Positions 22,005-32,000 of a DNA stretch of 64,000 nucleotides are shown here, piece by piece (the stretch's first letter is position 1; each line of letters starts with the position of its first letter). Under the pieces are notes generated by a model. That model was not told the DNA's origin. It did no database searches and worked only from the letters and a program-made list of their open reading frames with translations. Source of the stretch: Terriglobia bacterium (lineage in GTDB: Bacteria; Acidobacteriota; Terriglobia; 20CM-2-55-15); the NCBI GenBank assembly GCA_965198225.1, contig CBDAOY010000005.1:544001-608000 (forward strand). Reading direction: 5' to 3'. The translations under genes and the position numbers were made by a program.

Positions 22005-22565
22005 TCACTTCAACATACTGTCGATGGCATTCTTAGCGTTCGGGTTGCGGTCCATGATTTGCTTTACCGTCCGTACGGGGTCCATGTACCTACACAGTGG
22101 CCTGAGTTCTTCGGTTGCAAGTCGATAACAATGATAAGTAATCGCATAGAAGACATCCGCGCCGTGGATCTTTTGGAAAGTTGGAAGCCCGTGCAACGGT
22201 CTGAATAGAAATCTGAACGGATCGGAGAGAAGGTCTAATAGTGAATCATTGACACGGCTCTTTTCATTGTAAGCAATCAACGGTGCAGGATGCCCGGTGA
22301 GCTTAAAAAATTCTTTGTCGGAAGCATTGTCATAGTGCACTATTTCGAAGCCTCCGGTGCGAGCAGAACGGTCACCATAAATTAGAGCTATATCCGAAAT
22401 ATCCGGATAGATGTGCTTGACGGTCAGACTTATATCGATTGGGGTGCAGTCGTCGATACAGCACCAAGATTGCGGATTTCGCAAGCGGAGGGCATCCGCT
22501 CGTCGCCGTGTTCCGGGTATCCGGCCTGGCCCCGGTTCGCTCGATTGAACCAGCAGGTTCCGCAA
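22005..22565 (-). CDS. Hypothetical protein (low GC, start uncertain)
   Basis: 186 aa ORF, AT-richer than surroundings, no motif recognised. Confidence 0.4.
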   Translation of the reverse strand: MRNLLVQSSEPGPGRIPGTRRRADALRLRNPQSWCCIDDCTPIDISLTVKHIYPDISDIALIYGDRSARTGGFEIVHYDNASDKEFFKLTGHPAPLIAYNEKSRVNDSLLDLLSDPFRFLFRPLHGLPTFQKIHGADVFYAITYHCYRLATEELRPLCRYMDPVRTVKQIMDRNPNAKNAIDSMLK

Positions 22566-23056
22566 CAGTCCGAGCCTCCGTTCGGCATGACGTTGTCCTC
22601 GTGTGAAAAGTGATTCCAGGCCTGGAACGCGTTTTACGTTCCGGCCTTTTGCGCGTGAATATCGACGACCCCTTCTACACGTACTGCGCCCACCATCCGC
22701 ACCGGAGGCCCGATCGCGACTCCATACCGATCGGACCCGTGTGACTGTTCATGGGGGATGGGCCGACGGAATGGGTTTCGTCTCGAAGCCGCGTGTTGTG
22801 TGGCAAAGCTCGCCGGACACCGAGGAAATCCGTCAACACCTGCTTGACCTGCTCGAGTCGATGCAGGCCGCCACGGACGAAGATCGCTATCCTTTCGGGA
22901 TCGGTCTGGGGGAAACCATCCTCGCGCAACTCGCCGAGTTCAAGGAGCAACGGGCGGTCCCCGGCCTTGAGCGGATCGTCGAGCACGGCCCAGAAACATT
23001 GGCCGAAATCTCGAACGCCGCGCTGGCGGCAATCCGAAGATCCCGTTGACATGCTA

Positions 23057-23592
23057 CGGGTGCAATTAAACAAAGGTACCAAATCCGTCACAGAAATCGG
23101 GCCGCATTGCGGGGCTATCTATGGCCTCAGCGCGGGGGCTGAAAGCAGGAGCGGGGCTGCCAAGTAGGGTATGGTCTAGTTGGCAGTAATCTCGAGCTGC
23201 TGAAAGCCCGGTTTTTCGCACTCAGTGTCGGCAGAAATCTCTGGAAACCCTATTTGTCACCCCCAGACTGCCGAAACAGGATCCCGCCTGGCGCGTGCTC
23301 GGGTGGGTAGGGAGACATGAAATGCCACGGATGAGCATTCTAACTGCGAACGAGAAGGAAGCCCTCGAGTCGCCTCCGGATCGGTCGTTGCCTGGCAGCA
23401 CATCAACCTGCACGGCGAGTACGATTTCGCGGCCGAGAAGCTGCAAGATTCGGTCGGTCTGGAGGTGCCCAAAATCCGTCAGCTCGATGTGGGTTGAAAC
23501 TGGGAGTATGAATTTCGGCGCAAACGCTAGAGGCAACAAATGTTAACCGTGATCGCTATGACGGATTTGGTACCTTTGTTTAATTGCACCCC
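23057..23592 (+). mobile_element. Tn3-derived non-autonomous mini element
   Basis: IRs GGGTGCAATTAAACAAAGGTACCAAATCCGTCA and complement; probable tnpA start MPRMSILT fused to a tnpA 3' end nearly identical to 46108-46326. Confidence 0.9.
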
Positions 23593-23658
23593 ACGTTCGA
23601 CGATGTTGTGAATGTGGCACGACTGGCCCTAGAGGTGTCTCGGGCTGAGGCAGGTCAG

Positions 23659-23754
23659 GGGGGCCGAGACTAGTCTGCCGGCCCCGCGCACGAGGCGCGA
23701 AGCCGGCTTCGCTGCAAGATCAGGAGCCCGTGAGCGCAAGGCGCGACGGGCTCC
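23659..23754. terminator. Cluster of GC hairpins downstream of the TPR gene
   Basis: GGGGCCG..CGGCCCC, GCGAAGCCGGCTTCGC, GGAGCCCGT..ACGGGCTCC. Confidence 0.45.
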
Positions 23755-23762
23755 GGGCTACG

Positions 23763-25319
23763 TCAGTTGTCGTTCGTCGAGGCGATGAACTCACGCGCCT
23801 CGGCGTAGCCCGGATCGTCGGCCGCGCCAATCCAGAAGTCGGCGAGCGTCGCGTAGCGCTCGCGGGCGGTGGCGCGATCCCCGACGGCTGCGGCAGCGCG
23901 GGCCGCGCCGAGCAGCGAACGCATCCGGTTCGTCATGCGGAGCAGCGAGGTCTCGAACTTCTCGAGCGCGTCGTCGTGGCGCCCGAGCCGCAGCAGGATC
24001 TCGCCGTACAGCTCGTACGGCGGCTTGACCGGGCTAGCCGCGCCGTTCGGCAGACGCAGCGTCTCGACGATGGCGATAGCCTCGTCCATCGAGGCTATCG
24101 CCGCCTCGGCCTCGCCTTCGGCCGCCTGAATCGAGGCGGTGACCTCCTTGTGGGCGATGCGATCTTGTGCGCCCCCGTTCTCGGCCCGCGCCGCCAGCGC
24201 CGCCTCGGCCTGGCGCGCCGTGGCCAGATCGCCGCTGCGGACCGCGCTCAGGCCCGTGGCCAGCAGCTCGTGCATCGACGAGTCGTCCGTGATCGGCTCG
24301 ACGCGCCACTGCTCGGTCTCCACCACGTAGCGGGCGTTGACCAGGGGCAGCGCGCTGACGGCTCGCGCCTGCCCGTCGCTGTCGGCGATGAGCCGTTCCA
24401 GCCTTTCGATCCAGACTCGGGCCTTGTCGTAGTCCCCGCGCTGCAGATCGCCGTACTGACCCCAGTCGAGCGAATGGACCGCGTCGCTGACGCTGTCGTC
24501 GGGCTCCCACAGAGCGATGGCCGCGTCGTGCGCCAACTGGTTGTGCTGCGAGACGAGGTTCCACATGCCGTGCTGGATGAAAATGTGCGTCGGCATGTGC
24601 CGCGCGTGCGAGACCGCCGGCGCTATCTCGGCGTAGCGGTGGGCCGCGTCGAGTGCCAGCGGGGCATGGATCGGATCGTCGAAGGCGTGAATGGTGTAGT
24701 GCACCGCTCCGGGATGGTCGCGGTTCTCGTTGAACACCTTCATCGCGATCGTGCCGGCCCGCACCTCAAGCCGCAACGACTGATCGCCGAGTGCGCGGGA
24801 TCCGGACAGCATCGAGAGCGCGTAGAACGTCGCCACCTCGTCGTCGTCGGGGTAGCGCTCGTAGAGCCGCTCCATCGCCTCCATGTAGCCGACCCGCCGC
24901 TCGTTGTAGATTCCCTCGTCGCTCCACAGGACCTCGACCGCTTCGAGGAAGCCCCTCTCGCGATCGGTCGGTGCCTTGGCGGCCCGCGCCGCCGGCGTCG
25001 GACCGAGCCGCGCGAGCACCGCGCGGGGATTCTCCTCGTCGAGGCCGGGCCCGCCGCCGAACAGCGGGTGGTTGTAGCTTAGCGTCTCTCCCCAGTACGC
25101 GAGAGCGAAGTCCGGCTCGATGGCCTGCGCGGCCTGGAACTGCTCGATGGCCTGCTTCCAGCCGAAGCTGTGCAGGATGGCGACGCCCCGCAGGAAATGG
25201 CGCTGCGCCTCCTCCGAACGCGCGGACGTCGGAAAGTCGAGCGACCCGACCTCGGCGAATTGCGCCGCGGCGGGCGCCGCGAGCAGGAGCGTGACGATCA
25301 GACAGATGGTAGCCTTCAT
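23763..25319 (-). CDS. Secreted TPR-repeat protein
   Basis: Signal peptide MKATICLIVTLLLAAPAAA; HPGAVHYTIHAFD and HARHMPTHIF motifs; TPR-like helices. Confidence 0.85.
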   Translation of the reverse strand: MKATICLIVTLLLAAPAAAQFAEVGSLDFPTSARSEEAQRHFLRGVAILHSFGWKQAIEQFQAAQAIEPDFALAYWGETLSYNHPLFGGGPGLDEENPRAVLARLGPTPAARAAKAPTDRERGFLEAVEVLWSDEGIYNERRVGYMEAMERLYERYPDDDEVATFYALSMLSGSRALGDQSLRLEVRAGTIAMKVFNENRDHPGAVHYTIHAFDDPIHAPLALDAAHRYAEIAPAVSHARHMPTHIFIQHGMWNLVSQHNQLAHDAAIALWEPDDSVSDAVHSLDWGQYGDLQRGDYDKARVWIERLERLIADSDGQARAVSALPLVNARYVVETEQWRVEPITDDSSMHELLATGLSAVRSGDLATARQAEAALAARAENGGAQDRIAHKEVTASIQAAEGEAEAAIASMDEAIAIVETLRLPNGAASPVKPPYELYGEILLRLGRHDDALEKFETSLLRMTNRMRSLLGAARAAAAVGDRATARERYATLADFWIGAADDPGYAEAREFIASTNDN

Positions 25320-25678
25320 GGGATCCCCCGTTCCCGAGCAGCCTAGCACAATGCGGCGCGGTAAGCGCCTGAACGTACCCCGCGACAACGGCAGGAGGTC
25401 GCTGGCGAAGAAGTACGTGATGGATGGACTCTCTCGTTTCACTACAGGGCAGTACTCGGAGAATCTACCCGTGGGGTGCATGCTCGGCTACGTCCTCGAC
25501 GGCGATGTGAAGTACGTGGCTTTGACCAGGCTCCAAGTACTCGAAGAGGGTCTGCACGGGCACACGTGTTCCGGATAAAACAGGCCCCCCCCATGACGTC
25601 GCTCGACGTGGAAACCAAGGGCTTACTCATAGTTACATGCTATGCCCGATTCCTTGGCAGGGACAAGCTTTGTGCATC

Positions 25679-26483
25679 ATCGCGGTAGGACGGCCAGTTG
25701 CCCGAACCGCCCCCGCGCAGATCCCGGCGTGCCGTTTTCCGGCACCGGGCTCCTCAGAAGTACTCGCTTCCGCGTCCAGCATCAAGAAAGGGATGTTTCC
25801 TTTCCTCAGCCTTCTTTGCTATCGCCAGCAGTGAGGTTGGCATTGTTTGTTCCGGCCCTTCGTCGCCGGACAATGTTTCCTGTACCAGCTACGTACTTCT
25901 GTCCGCCCCTTCCCCATGTGATCGGCGCTACCGTCTCCGAGTAGTATGAGCGGATCTGACTCCCTGCGAATCATCGATGGCTCTTTGTTTGGTCGAGCCT
26001 GTCTACCCGTGGCTGTCGTCGATCAGGCGTCCAGTTCGTTTAGGCTCCGGCCTACCTGGGTCTGGGTTTCCCCGTGTGTGGGCTCACTACCCGTATGCCC
26101 TGCGATCTGTCGTCTCCGATCGCGTCTCAGCTCGGGAAACCGCAGGGTCTCCCAAGTTCCTGACGCTTCTCTGCATACATGCCACGCTCTAAGGTGGACC
26201 CCGGCAGACCCTCGCGAACCTCACCACAACGGTTCGTCTATGTTGGCTTCCGGTACCGTTAACACCGTCGCCGTCTGCATCAAACGCCATGACGGGGCTG
26301 TATCAAGCCTTGGAGGTCGCGGTCCCTCCTGCGGCCTGCATGCTTCCCTGTGTACGCTTCAACTGACTTGTTCGGCTTTCACCTCCGCAGTCGCAGTTGC
26401 AACACTCGGTAGGAGTGGGTAGTTAACCCTTTCTCCGCAGGGACTCGCACCCTGCAAGAAGCGCCAAGCTTCGCTTGGCGCAC
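25679..26483 (-). ncRNA. ORF-less group II intron
   Basis: 5' GTGCGCC; domain V GAGCCCGGTGCCGGAAAACGGCACGCCGGGATC; DVI and CCTACCGCGAT end; RT reduced to MPTSLLAIAKKA..*. Confidence 0.88.
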
Positions 26484-26670
26484 TAACGGGCGGCGCTCAA
26501 CCGTGCCGAGCGAGCGGTGTTTAGCCATGAAGCTGTGATAGAAGCCTGTTGCAACGCTTCGCGAAGGCGGTTGTTTCAGTCAGCGGGGCTCTCCACCTCT
26601 GGGGACGCCTCTGAAACGCGATCCAGGGCGAGATTCCGGGGCCGAAACAAAGGCTGCGGGCGAGTAAATT

Positions 26671-26910
26671 ATGGGACTTCTGATCTTCCTGGCTGTCGTG
26701 TTCGTCGTGGCCGTTGTCGGTTCGCTGGCGTGGTTCTTTCGGAGTACCGGGCCAAGTCCCCCGACTCAAAAGCAACTGGCCCATATCGCGCGGCTCAAGA
26801 AGGAACGCAACGCGGATGATTTGGCCGATATCGAACCGTCGACCGTCGAGGGCGCAAGCTGGTTGATCAACCGGCTAAAGAATCGACCGCGCCGCAAATG
26901 GTTGGAATGA
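26671..26910 (+). CDS. Small membrane-anchored hypothetical protein
   Basis: N-terminal TM helix followed by PTQKQLAHI..ASWLINRL. Confidence 0.6.
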   Translation: MGLLIFLAVVFVVAVVGSLAWFFRSTGPSPPTQKQLAHIARLKKERNADDLADIEPSTVEGASWLINRLKNRPRRKWLE

Positions 26911-27105
26911 GTAGCAGGGAACCTAGCGGTAAAGCGGTGGCCATAAGCAGCGGGCCGATCGACCTGAAAAGCCAATTGTCTGACGCCCGGACGCGTTCAA
27001 CTCGCCAGTGCCTGGGAAGGGCCGAACGCCGATTCTGAGCGACTCCGGACCTGTCCCTGTACAGGAGCCGCACCCACCCGGCCGCGGCCTCATCCGGACA
27101 GCCTG

Positions 27106-28590
27106 CTACTGGATCTCCGTCAGCACGTAGTCGCGCGCGGCGGCGCTGTGACAATTCTGGCATCCTTCGACCATGCCCTCAGCGTCCACGTTTCCGTTTG
27201 CCGCGCGCTTCAGCCAGTACCAGTCCCCGTGCTCCGGGTTGTAGCCGGCACTCTTGTACATGACCGTCACCGCGGCCAGCGTGCGGTCCGGCGTATAGTT
27301 CTCCTTGACGATGATCGAGCCGGCCGGCAGCGTGCCAGAAGAAAACGGGCCCGTTCTGCGCATCAATGCGTTCCGCGCGGTATCGTTGACGTACGTGATG
27401 AGCAGGGCGCCATGGGGCGACATGCCCGGTTGGAAGCGGCTCGTTCCGGGGAACAGCGGCCAGTCCGTGTACATCTCACTTTGGAGATAGCCCCAGACCG
27501 ATTGCGCGTTCGGCGCCGGCAGCGACAGGCGCTCATAATAGCCGGAGCCGACCAGGATCGGCAGGCCATGGGACACGACCCTCTTGACGAAAGCCACCTT
27601 GCCCTGCGACATTCCGGTGGCGGGATTGCGCGTCGAGTAGTACAGGAAGGTTTCACCGAACGCATCGCCGACGCTCACCACATCCCGACCGGCGAAAGGG
27701 CCGTCCAGATCGTCGTTCAACTCGGAAGCGCGGGAAAAGACGCCATACGTGTGGCTGTAGGGATAGCCGCTGAACAGCGTGTAGCCGTAGGTATCCAGGC
27801 CGAACACATAGATCGAACCACTGTTCCAGTGCGGATCGGTGGACAGCGCCCGGGTCGCGAAGTACCCCTGCGATTCCAGCTCCATTGCCGCGCAGCGGAC
27901 AAACACCTGCAGCCTCTCAACGGAAGGCGCCGCCTCAAGCCCCATGGCGTGGACCTCTTCCGCCTCGCAGGTGACGGGAAGGTCACGGCGGTAGACCCCC
28001 GCCCCGATCGCGGCCAGGTTTCCCTCCCAGTCGATGCCCTTGATGTAGGTCGCCTTCGGCTCCTCCCGGCCCGTTGAGGGGTTTGGGAACGAGTAATAGA
28101 GCCAGCCCTCACCGAAGCCGCTCACGATACGATGCTGTTCCTTGTAGTAGTCGTTGCCGAAGGCGTCGATGAGGAGTCCTAGCGAGGATCCTACCCTTGG
28201 AGGAGCGGGCGGCCAAACGAACAGTCGCGCCTGATCGCTCATCGGGGTCGCTTCGGAGACGAAGACATAGATGGCCCCGCTCTTCCAACGCGTATCCTCG
28301 TGAAAGGCCCGCCGGGCCTCCTCAAATCCCATTTCCTGGACATACTCATAGGCGCATTGGACAAACGCTTGAACGTCCTCCGTTGTGCTTACCGCGCTGG
28401 CGACAATGGATTTATCCGCGCAAGACAGGGGTTCGGTTCCCGCCCGGGGAGCGCGCGGGGCGGGCGTGGACTGCAGAGCTGCAAAGATCAAGAGCAGCCC
28501 GGCGATTGCGGTTAGCTTCACCCAGCCGGAAATTCGGGGGAGACGATCAGCCACAAACTGTGCGATTAAGATGCCCATGCCTACCTCCAA
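27106..28590 (-). CDS. Exported protein with two Cache-like domains and a C-terminal cytochrome P460-family domain
   Basis: Repeated W.SG.IYVF..YY...NP.TG....K..(Y/F)..  units; LPAGSIIVKENY..GDWYW..CQNCH. Confidence 0.8.
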   Translation of the reverse strand: MEVGMGILIAQFVADRLPRISGWVKLTAIAGLLLIFAALQSTPAPRAPRAGTEPLSCADKSIVASAVSTTEDVQAFVQCAYEYVQEMGFEEARRAFHEDTRWKSGAIYVFVSEATPMSDQARLFVWPPAPPRVGSSLGLLIDAFGNDYYKEQHRIVSGFGEGWLYYSFPNPSTGREEPKATYIKGIDWEGNLAAIGAGVYRRDLPVTCEAEEVHAMGLEAAPSVERLQVFVRCAAMELESQGYFATRALSTDPHWNSGSIYVFGLDTYGYTLFSGYPYSHTYGVFSRASELNDDLDGPFAGRDVVSVGDAFGETFLYYSTRNPATGMSQGKVAFVKRVVSHGLPILVGSGYYERLSLPAPNAQSVWGYLQSEMYTDWPLFPGTSRFQPGMSPHGALLITYVNDTARNALMRRTGPFSSGTLPAGSIIVKENYTPDRTLAAVTVMYKSAGYNPEHGDWYWLKRAANGNVDAEGMVEGCQNCHSAAARDYVLTEIQ

Positions 28591-28974
28591 TTCCTCTGCC
28601 TGTGCGTCGTCAGAACATTTCGGACAAAAACCTCGTTTTGCGAAGAGGTGGTTTTCAAGTTATACGACTCCAGTCTTTAAGATCGACGATTCTGCGATGA
28701 GCCAGGGTCCGCTGCTTGATTCTCTCCCTTCAACATATTGGAAAGGACCGCCCGCAATTCGTTGTTCCAAATAGTCTCCGGACTAAACTTGATGTCGGGC
28801 TCGAATCACGCCAGTGTGCTTCTGTCTCATTCCGCGCACGGCACAACTAAAAACCCTACGCGCCGTTGCCGCCTCGATCTCCATGATCGACCCGAACCCC
28901 GTGCCGATGCCAGCGTGGCAGCCGACACTGACTCATGCACCCATGCCACGCGAAGGTCCAGACCCCCCCGGTGA

Positions 28975-29592
28975 GCGTGGCACCGAGGGGGAAAAGGTCG
29001 CATGTTTCGACGGCCTGGGGATCGGCCGGGACCTGTTGCCGCGCCGGGTCTACAAGGGAGCGGCCGGCCAACAGAAACGGCTCTTCGCGCTGAAACTTCC
29101 CATCGCCGTGGACACCGAAACCGCCACGTTCGTCTATGTCGATCCGGGACATGAAACCGCTTACGGAATCCGCGCATGGGGGAGCGCGCATCGGCGGCTT
29201 TGGGATGCCCTTCTGGCGCAGGGCATCCCGGTCCGGGTCGTGGCGATTGCGCGGAGCCGGGAAGCCAGGGCGCGTGCCGGGCAAAGGTGCGCGATCTGGG
29301 CCCAGGCCACGCCGGGGACCCGGAAGAAGGGGATGACGGCGAAGCAGGAAATCGAGCATATCAAGCGGGCAATCATCGCGACCAGGCCGTACTGGACAGC
29401 TATGGGGGGCTCAATGCGGCCTACGGGCGCAAGGAGGAGCTGGATCGAAACCCCGAGCTGAATTTGGGTGATGGGGTGTCGATTACCGACTACCGCGCCA
29501 TCTGTTCCAGGCGGGTTCAGGTGCTCGAAAACGGGTCCCGGGCCGAGGCGGAAGACGAGCGGGAGGAGACATGGCGTGGGGAGGCGGTTTGA
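28975..29592 (+). pseudogene. Fragment of a hypothetical gene preceding the coupling protein
   Basis: TEGEKVACFDGLGI..LPRRVY..FVYVDPG; 5' truncated, frameshift near 29380. Confidence 0.45.
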
Positions 29593-29613
29593 GGGCCGGC
29601 CGGGTCCTAATCC

Positions 29614-29706
29614 GGGGGTTTTCCTGTTACAAAGACCCCCTTTTTCTGTTACGCGGACAGAGGGGGGTATGTAACACGATTCCGGGGCGGTATGTAACAA
29701 ACCCCC
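29614..29706. repeat. Symmetric TGTTAC x2 / GTAACA x2 array (candidate oriT or protein-binding site)
   Basis: TGTTAC at 29625 and 29647; GTAACA at 29671 and 29694; bounded by GGGGGTT and AACCCCC. Confidence 0.7.
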
Positions 29707-29939
29707 TTCCATCAGGCTGCTCATTCTCCGGTTCTTATCCCGAAATACCCGGCCCGAGCGTGACGCAACGCAAAGAGCGGGGAGGCTCGGATCCGGGGCG
29801 GAACGGGAGGCGGGAAGCGCCGGGGCCGGCGCGGGCAGCAGGAACCAAAACCGGCGCGGGGCGCGGACCGGAAACGGGCCCCGGCCGGACCGAAGATCGG
29901 GGCGGGTTGTGACCTGGAAAGCAGTCGGAGGATAGCTCA

Positions 29940-32000
29940 ATGGGATGGCAGCATTTCTTCCTGATGTTCGTGGGCGCACTCGTTTCCGGGTGGGGATTCT
30001 ACTACCGGCCCTTCCCGCCGATTGCCACGATTCCCCCTTTCGTCATCATGGACATCTACTACCCCAATTCCCTCCTGGCCATCAAGGTCTGGTACTACGC
30101 CTTACCCGGTGTGGCCGTGTCGGGCGGAGGACTCATTCTGCTGTCCCTCTGGCGGGTCTATTTCGAGAAGTGGGGCCGAAGGGGTTCGGGCGGCGCGAAG
30201 CTCCCGGCGTGGCCGCTGGACCCGGAAGCGGACGGACCCTCAATCGTCGTCGGGGAGGTTCACCATCCGGTCGCCGTCCGCGAGGTCCGCCGCCCCCCCT
30301 GGCTCACCATTCCGGAGCGGGGACTCTATACCGGAGTCGCCATCTTCGGGGCCGTGGGATCGGGCAAGACTTCGGCCTGCATGCACCCCTTCGCCTCCCA
30401 GTTGCTCGGCTGGCGGGCCGGGGATCCGGAGAAACGGGCGGCGGCCCTGGTACTGGAAGTCAAGGGCGACTTCTGCCATGACATCCGCAAGATTCTGGCC
30501 GGGACGGGGCGCGGGGAGGATTACCTCGAGTTGAGTATGGACGGGCGGTGGTACTGGAACCCGCTCGCCGCTCCATGGCTCGATTCCTACTCGCTGGCCT
30601 ACACCATTTCCAGCCTGCTCAACCAACTCTTCGGCAAGGGCAAGGACCCGTTCTGGCAACAGGCCTATACCAATCTCGTCCGCTGGATTATCGAGCTGCA
30701 CCGGGTGTTGCCCGGAGGGTGGGTCACATTGCAGGACGTGTACCGCTGCACGATCAGCCCGGCCCTGCTGGCGGCAAGGATCGAGAAGGCCGAACAGGTC
30801 GCCCTGCGCGGGCAGGACGGCACGTTGCAAATCACGCGGAAGGCGTTCGCCAACGCCAAAGGGCTCGATGCCTGGAAATGGACCCCTATCGAGAACACCG
30901 ATTACACCGAGGCGGCGTATTCGGTGGAACTGCGGAACAAGCTGATCGAACTGAAGGTGAATTACGAAGAAGACTGGCCCCAAAGCGAAGGCGCGGGCCA
31001 GGAACGGCTGGAACTCGTGTGGGCGGTCCAGCGCTGGTACCGGGAAGACTGGATGAAGCTCGATAACAAGGTGCGGTCCTCGGTCGTTGAAGGGGTCGCC
31101 GTATTCCTGTCCATGTTCGACCTGCCCGATGTGGCCAAGGTGTTCTGTCCCGGCCCGCCCCAGAAATGGGACCCCGCGGTTGAGGCGAAACGGCGGGCGG
31201 CGGTCCCGGACCCGGACGACGAGATCACGAGCGGCGGCGGGGTGCTGGCAACTTCGATCAAGCGCCACTTGTCTCCCCTGGATGAACTGATCGAGAGCGG
31301 CAAGGTGCTGGCGCTCAATATGCCGGCCGGGGCCAATCCGGCGCTCGCCCGCGCTATCGGCGTCATGCTCAAGAACGCATGGCTCCAAACCCTGCTCCGG
31401 CGGCCGGCCCGGATGAAGCAATCCCCGCGGCACTACTTCCGGCCCGCCGTCTTTATCTGCGACGAATACCAGTCGTTCGCCTCGGTCGGCGAGGACGATC
31501 CGTCCGGCGACGAAAAGGCCTTTGCCCTCACCCGGCAATGCCGCGTCATTCCGATTGTCGCCACCCAGTCGATTTCCTCTCTCCGGTCGGTGCTGGGGAG
31601 CTCGGAGGCCTGGCGCACCTTGCTTCAAACATTGCGCACCCGGATCTTCCTCTCCCTGAGCGATGCCGCCTCGGCACGGATTGCATCGGAGTTGTGCGGG
31701 CAGGTGGCCAAGATCAAGGGGTCCTACACGCTCACCGAGTCGGCGAAGCGGGCCGGTATCTCCCCGCTCTCGGGACGGGCCGGTGGCGGCGCCGGGAACA
31801 TCGGCGCGAGCAAATCCTTTCAGGAGCGCCGGGAGGCCGTCTTCCATCCCCGGGACTTCGCCCTGCTGTCGAACTGCCAGGCCATCTGCCTCCCCTATGA
31901 CGGGGCGCAGTCGCTCGAACCCCGCCGCGTCTATCTCAAACCCCACTACCTGCCCCGGAACCATTCCTACTGGCGGCAACTCAGCGACGGGCAGCTATGA
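29940..32000 (+). CDS. VirD4/TraD-like type IV coupling protein
   Basis: N-terminal TMs, Walker A GAVGSGKT, LVLEVKGD, FICDEYQ, PIVATQSISSL. Confidence 0.88.
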   Translation: MGWQHFFLMFVGALVSGWGFYYRPFPPIATIPPFVIMDIYYPNSLLAIKVWYYALPGVAVSGGGLILLSLWRVYFEKWGRRGSGGAKLPAWPLDPEADGPSIVVGEVHHPVAVREVRRPPWLTIPERGLYTGVAIFGAVGSGKTSACMHPFASQLLGWRAGDPEKRAAALVLEVKGDFCHDIRKILAGTGRGEDYLELSMDGRWYWNPLAAPWLDSYSLAYTISSLLNQLFGKGKDPFWQQAYTNLVRWIIELHRVLPGGWVTLQDVYRCTISPALLAARIEKAEQVALRGQDGTLQITRKAFANAKGLDAWKWTPIENTDYTEAAYSVELRNKLIELKVNYEEDWPQSEGAGQERLELVWAVQRWYREDWMKLDNKVRSSVVEGVAVFLSMFDLPDVAKVFCPGPPQKWDPAVEAKRRAAVPDPDDEITSGGGVLATSIKRHLSPLDELIESGKVLALNMPAGANPALARAIGVMLKNAWLQTLLRRPARMKQSPRHYFRPAVFICDEYQSFASVGEDDPSGDEKAFALTRQCRVIPIVATQSISSLRSVLGSSEAWRTLLQTLRTRIFLSLSDAASARIASELCGQVAKIKGSYTLTESAKRAGISPLSGRAGGGAGNIGASKSFQERREAVFHPRDFALLSNCQAICLPYDGAQSLEPRRVYLKPHYLPRNHSYWRQLSDGQL

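Noticed and set aside
25600-27100. Complete integron
   Set aside because: Only one partial attC-like site; no integrase and no cassette array.
30240-31979. Long antisense ORFs (also 23730-25082, 40055-41371, 59222-60928)
   Set aside because: Shadow frames of well-supported GC-rich genes on the opposite strand.
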